A stretch of DNA of 64,000 bases, from contig NW_003314272.1 in assembly GCF_000143415.4 (NCBI RefSeq), positions 2,071,728 through 2,135,727 on the forward strand, in the 5' to 3' direction. This document shows, piece after piece, positions 61,115-64,000 of the stretch; position 1 is the stretch's first letter; every line of letters starts with the position of its first letter. The notes under the pieces are model-generated. The model did no database searches. It saw nothing but the letters and a program-made list of their open reading frames with translations, and was not told the origin of the DNA. The translations under genes and the position numbers were made by a program. The DNA is from Selaginella moellendorffii. Its lineage: Eukaryota > Plantae > Lycopodiophyta.

Positions 61115-64000
61115 GAATGCATTGTGCAAGTGGTCAGATATGAGAAAGTTCCAATCCTCAACTTTCCCATCGATATCTGAAAGACCATCTGGAAAGTTGA
61201 AGAGAATGAAGTCTGCAATTGGGAGCAAGGGCCTTTGTATCTTTCGGCACCAACGATTAAACTAGCATTGTATATCCATCTTAATATCGTCTTCCATGAA
61301 AGATGTCAACAATCTACTGTAAGAGCCAATGAAGATACCCACAATACTTCATTGTGTTATTTGGGACACAGGAAAAACCTATAAAAGAGCTAAGTGAATG
61401 AAAAAAGCAATAAATAGTATGCTACCATCATATGGCATATTGTCGATGAGAGTTCCTCCAACTCCTCTTCACGAGCATCTGGTCGAGCTGGAATAAAATT
61501 ACTATCAATAGTCATTGCTGCAAAAAACATGTATTACCACCTTTAGTTTGTAAAATTCACTTTTGCTTACTTTTGATATTCTATGAACCACTTGATCATC
61601 GTTATTTACTAATAGAACCTGATCTGGATCTTGGTTGTTTGATGGTTGAATTGGAGCCTGTTCTTGGCTGTCTAGTGGTGGAACATGAACTTGATCTTGA
61701 GCTTCCTCATCCTCATCTCTATCGTCACTTGCATTGCCATCGTTACTAACATTGATAACTTCCTCGCAATCTAGTGTAGAGGTCTCCTTCCCTAGGAGCT
61801 CCAACTCCCAAGAGCATTTTATCTTCCGTGCCTTCAAAACTCTCGCAAACATTATTGGGTACATTCCTCCATCCCTTACACCCTTTGCAACAAGTCAAGT
61901 GCAAACTGGTGTCTCAAATTGCATGCCTCTATATCGAAGATACCTGTAAACAATATATATTAAAAAACAGTATTAGAAATCATATTATACCTATAAGCTG
62001 CATGTCGCATGAAATAAGGTTGACCATGTTAGCAATCATAAGTTGTTGTGCTTGTAGAATTCTCTGGCAGCCACCCCTCTTCGATCCTTTCCAATGTTGT
62101 GTTGATGTAAGTGTCGAAAGATATGAATGTGCCATCTAGATCATCACTAATGTGTGGTGCCAAGAACTTCTTATAGTTTGCGTGATGTACACAGCCCTTC
62201 TCATCATGTTCTCAAATAGTTTTGGCAGTCCTTTTTCTCTGTTCATCAAGCAAACATTGAGGAACTCCAGAGTCTCTATCTGTTGCTTATATGGAAGCTT
62301 CGATTTTGTGATATTGTAAATCATGTCATCTGGAGTTTTGTTCATTGCAAAAGTAACATATGCATAATTAAGAAAAATGAAGTGTGATAAGAAACTTACA
62401 TTCATGAGAAGAAATTTTGGCTATAGTCTCTAGCCACTCCTTTGGCCTGTGATTGTCTACAATACATACTAGTTTCTTCAACTTTGAGGATTTTGCATGT
62501 TGAATTTTGTGCTCAATTTGTACAAACTCAGCTGAGAGCTCTTCTCGATTCTTCTCTGGATATGCAAGTTCGTAGGCATCTTGCTTGACCTTCACCAAAG
62601 GCTAAAAACCAAAACAATTAAAAGAGGCTTTTATAAAATAAAAGGGAAAGACATACCTTACACCACACAGCGAGTATAAAACTGATTGGGTTGTTGAACC
62701 AAGTTGTACTGTCATTTCAAGTGCATAAGTGCTGAACAAGTGTTGCGAGATCATCATCATAATGTTGGCGGATGTCATCCTCACTCAAGTCTGCCAAAAA
62801 TTGAAGTTATTCGATGTCATGGACAAGGTTTTTTTTTACCTCTAACTCCACTTTAACTTGTTTTGTTGTGTTTAAATGTAGGCTTGGGCAGTTCGCTGTT
62901 CAAAAACTATAAAACTTACGCATTGATCTTTTGGCAAGCCAAGATAAGTCTGTTGACATCCAAAGGTCCCCTCGCATAGGCATGGCCGACTAGAATGTTG
63001 ATATGGTAGATGGGATCATCGCAAAAATGATCGTCAATACACTTCATCCAAGTTCCATATCAGTTGTTACCATCAATAATTTCCCCATAAGTTGTCGAGT
63101 CTCAGGATGTCTGATAAGCATGTCATCAAATTCTAGGGACTTCCTCCTCCAAATAGGATCCTAGCTATTCACAATCTTGGGTGTGATAGTAATGATCTCC
63201 GTTGTTCCTGGCTTGCAAAAACAGACTAGAAACATACCAATATTTGTTGCAAGGCCATTCTGTTTGAACAAGCTGTATATATTTGAGTTCATATATTTGG
63301 ATGCTATGCGGACAAAGTTCGTCTACTGCAAACAGCAAAGGGGGATTTCTCTAATCAAGTCATAAGGGCCTGGCCACTTGAGTGCTTCAAGTGTTTGGTG
63401 AACTGTTTTTTTCCTTGTCCACATAATAGTCTCTTGGAAGCGCTTGTCCACCATATTGTCAGGAAGGTCTGCAACTCTTTCAGCTCTAGGCTCTTCCTCA
63501 AGTTCCATATCGTGAACACCACTAGATTGCCCAACTTTAGGGATTTGCATTGGTGGTGGTGGCAGTGGCGGCGGGGGCAGAGGCAATAGTGGTAGTGGTG
63601 GTGGCAATGGTGGTGGTGGCAGTGGCGATGGTAGTGGTGGAGGTGGTGATGGCAGAGGTGATGGTGGTGGAGGCGGTGAATCTCAAACTAAATGTGTCTC
63701 TGTTGTGCCAATTGTCGATCGTGATATCATTAGATTGAACTTCTCGTGTCTTCTTGGCTCCAACAACCTTTTTATGTGTTACAATTTTCCTTTTCTGCAA
63801 GAGAAAAAATTTTGTTAGTCAAACTAAATAAAGATAATGAGAAATTCAAACAGTTAAAGTAAATCAAGTGGGCCTAGACTCCACCTCGGGCACTTTAGTT
63901 GCCTAAGGCGCTGAGGTTATTCAAATAACCTCAGCCCCCTGGGCAGCCAAAGTGCCCGAGGTGGCCAGCCCGAGCTCAACCTCGGGCAATTTGGCCAAGG

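Larger units (their letters stand above)
54681..63794 (-). pseudogene. ParB-MTase cargo gene of copy E, disrupted by LTR insertion, deletions and a micro-inversion
   Basis: Exon-by-exon homology to 3586-7217. Confidence 0.85.
52579..64000 (-). mobile_element. MULE copy E, inverted relative to A, continues past the window end; interrupted by an LTR retrotransposon
   Basis: Starts GGGGATGGTCCAAAGTTGAG; collinear reverse complement of ~3300-9372. Confidence 0.9.

Overview
Repeat-saturated eukaryotic DNA, most likely from a non-seed land plant (inferred from a Tcn1-type chromovirus, a Tat element with aRH before RT, and a Cassandra 5S segment of non-seed-plant type). The dominant feature is a Mutator-superfamily (MULE) DNA transposon family present as about six copies or remnants from at least three subfamilies. 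It has short imperfect GGG...CCC termini and an 8-bp TSD. It encodes a DDE/CxxH/SWIM transposase. Divergently from that, it carries a 10-exon cargo gene combining an NLS, a poly-Pro tract, a ParB/sulfiredoxin-like domain (IDGNHR) and a C-terminal beta-class N4C/N6A DNA methyltransferase-like domain. Each arm also holds a small inward-facing gene with a zinc finger resembling the SGS3-type zf-XS. This looks like a transposon-borne epigenetic or anti-silencing module. Nested LTR elements include a full-length Tcn1-like chromovirus with a self-priming PBS and a -1 frameshift signal, a Tat-type gypsy, two Cassandra solo LTRs, a tandem non-autonomous LTR element with microsatellite-bearing LTRs, and several gypsy remnants. 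The only likely host gene is an intronless, very AT-rich secreted bulb-type (GNA) lectin. All calls come from manual reading; no database searches were run.
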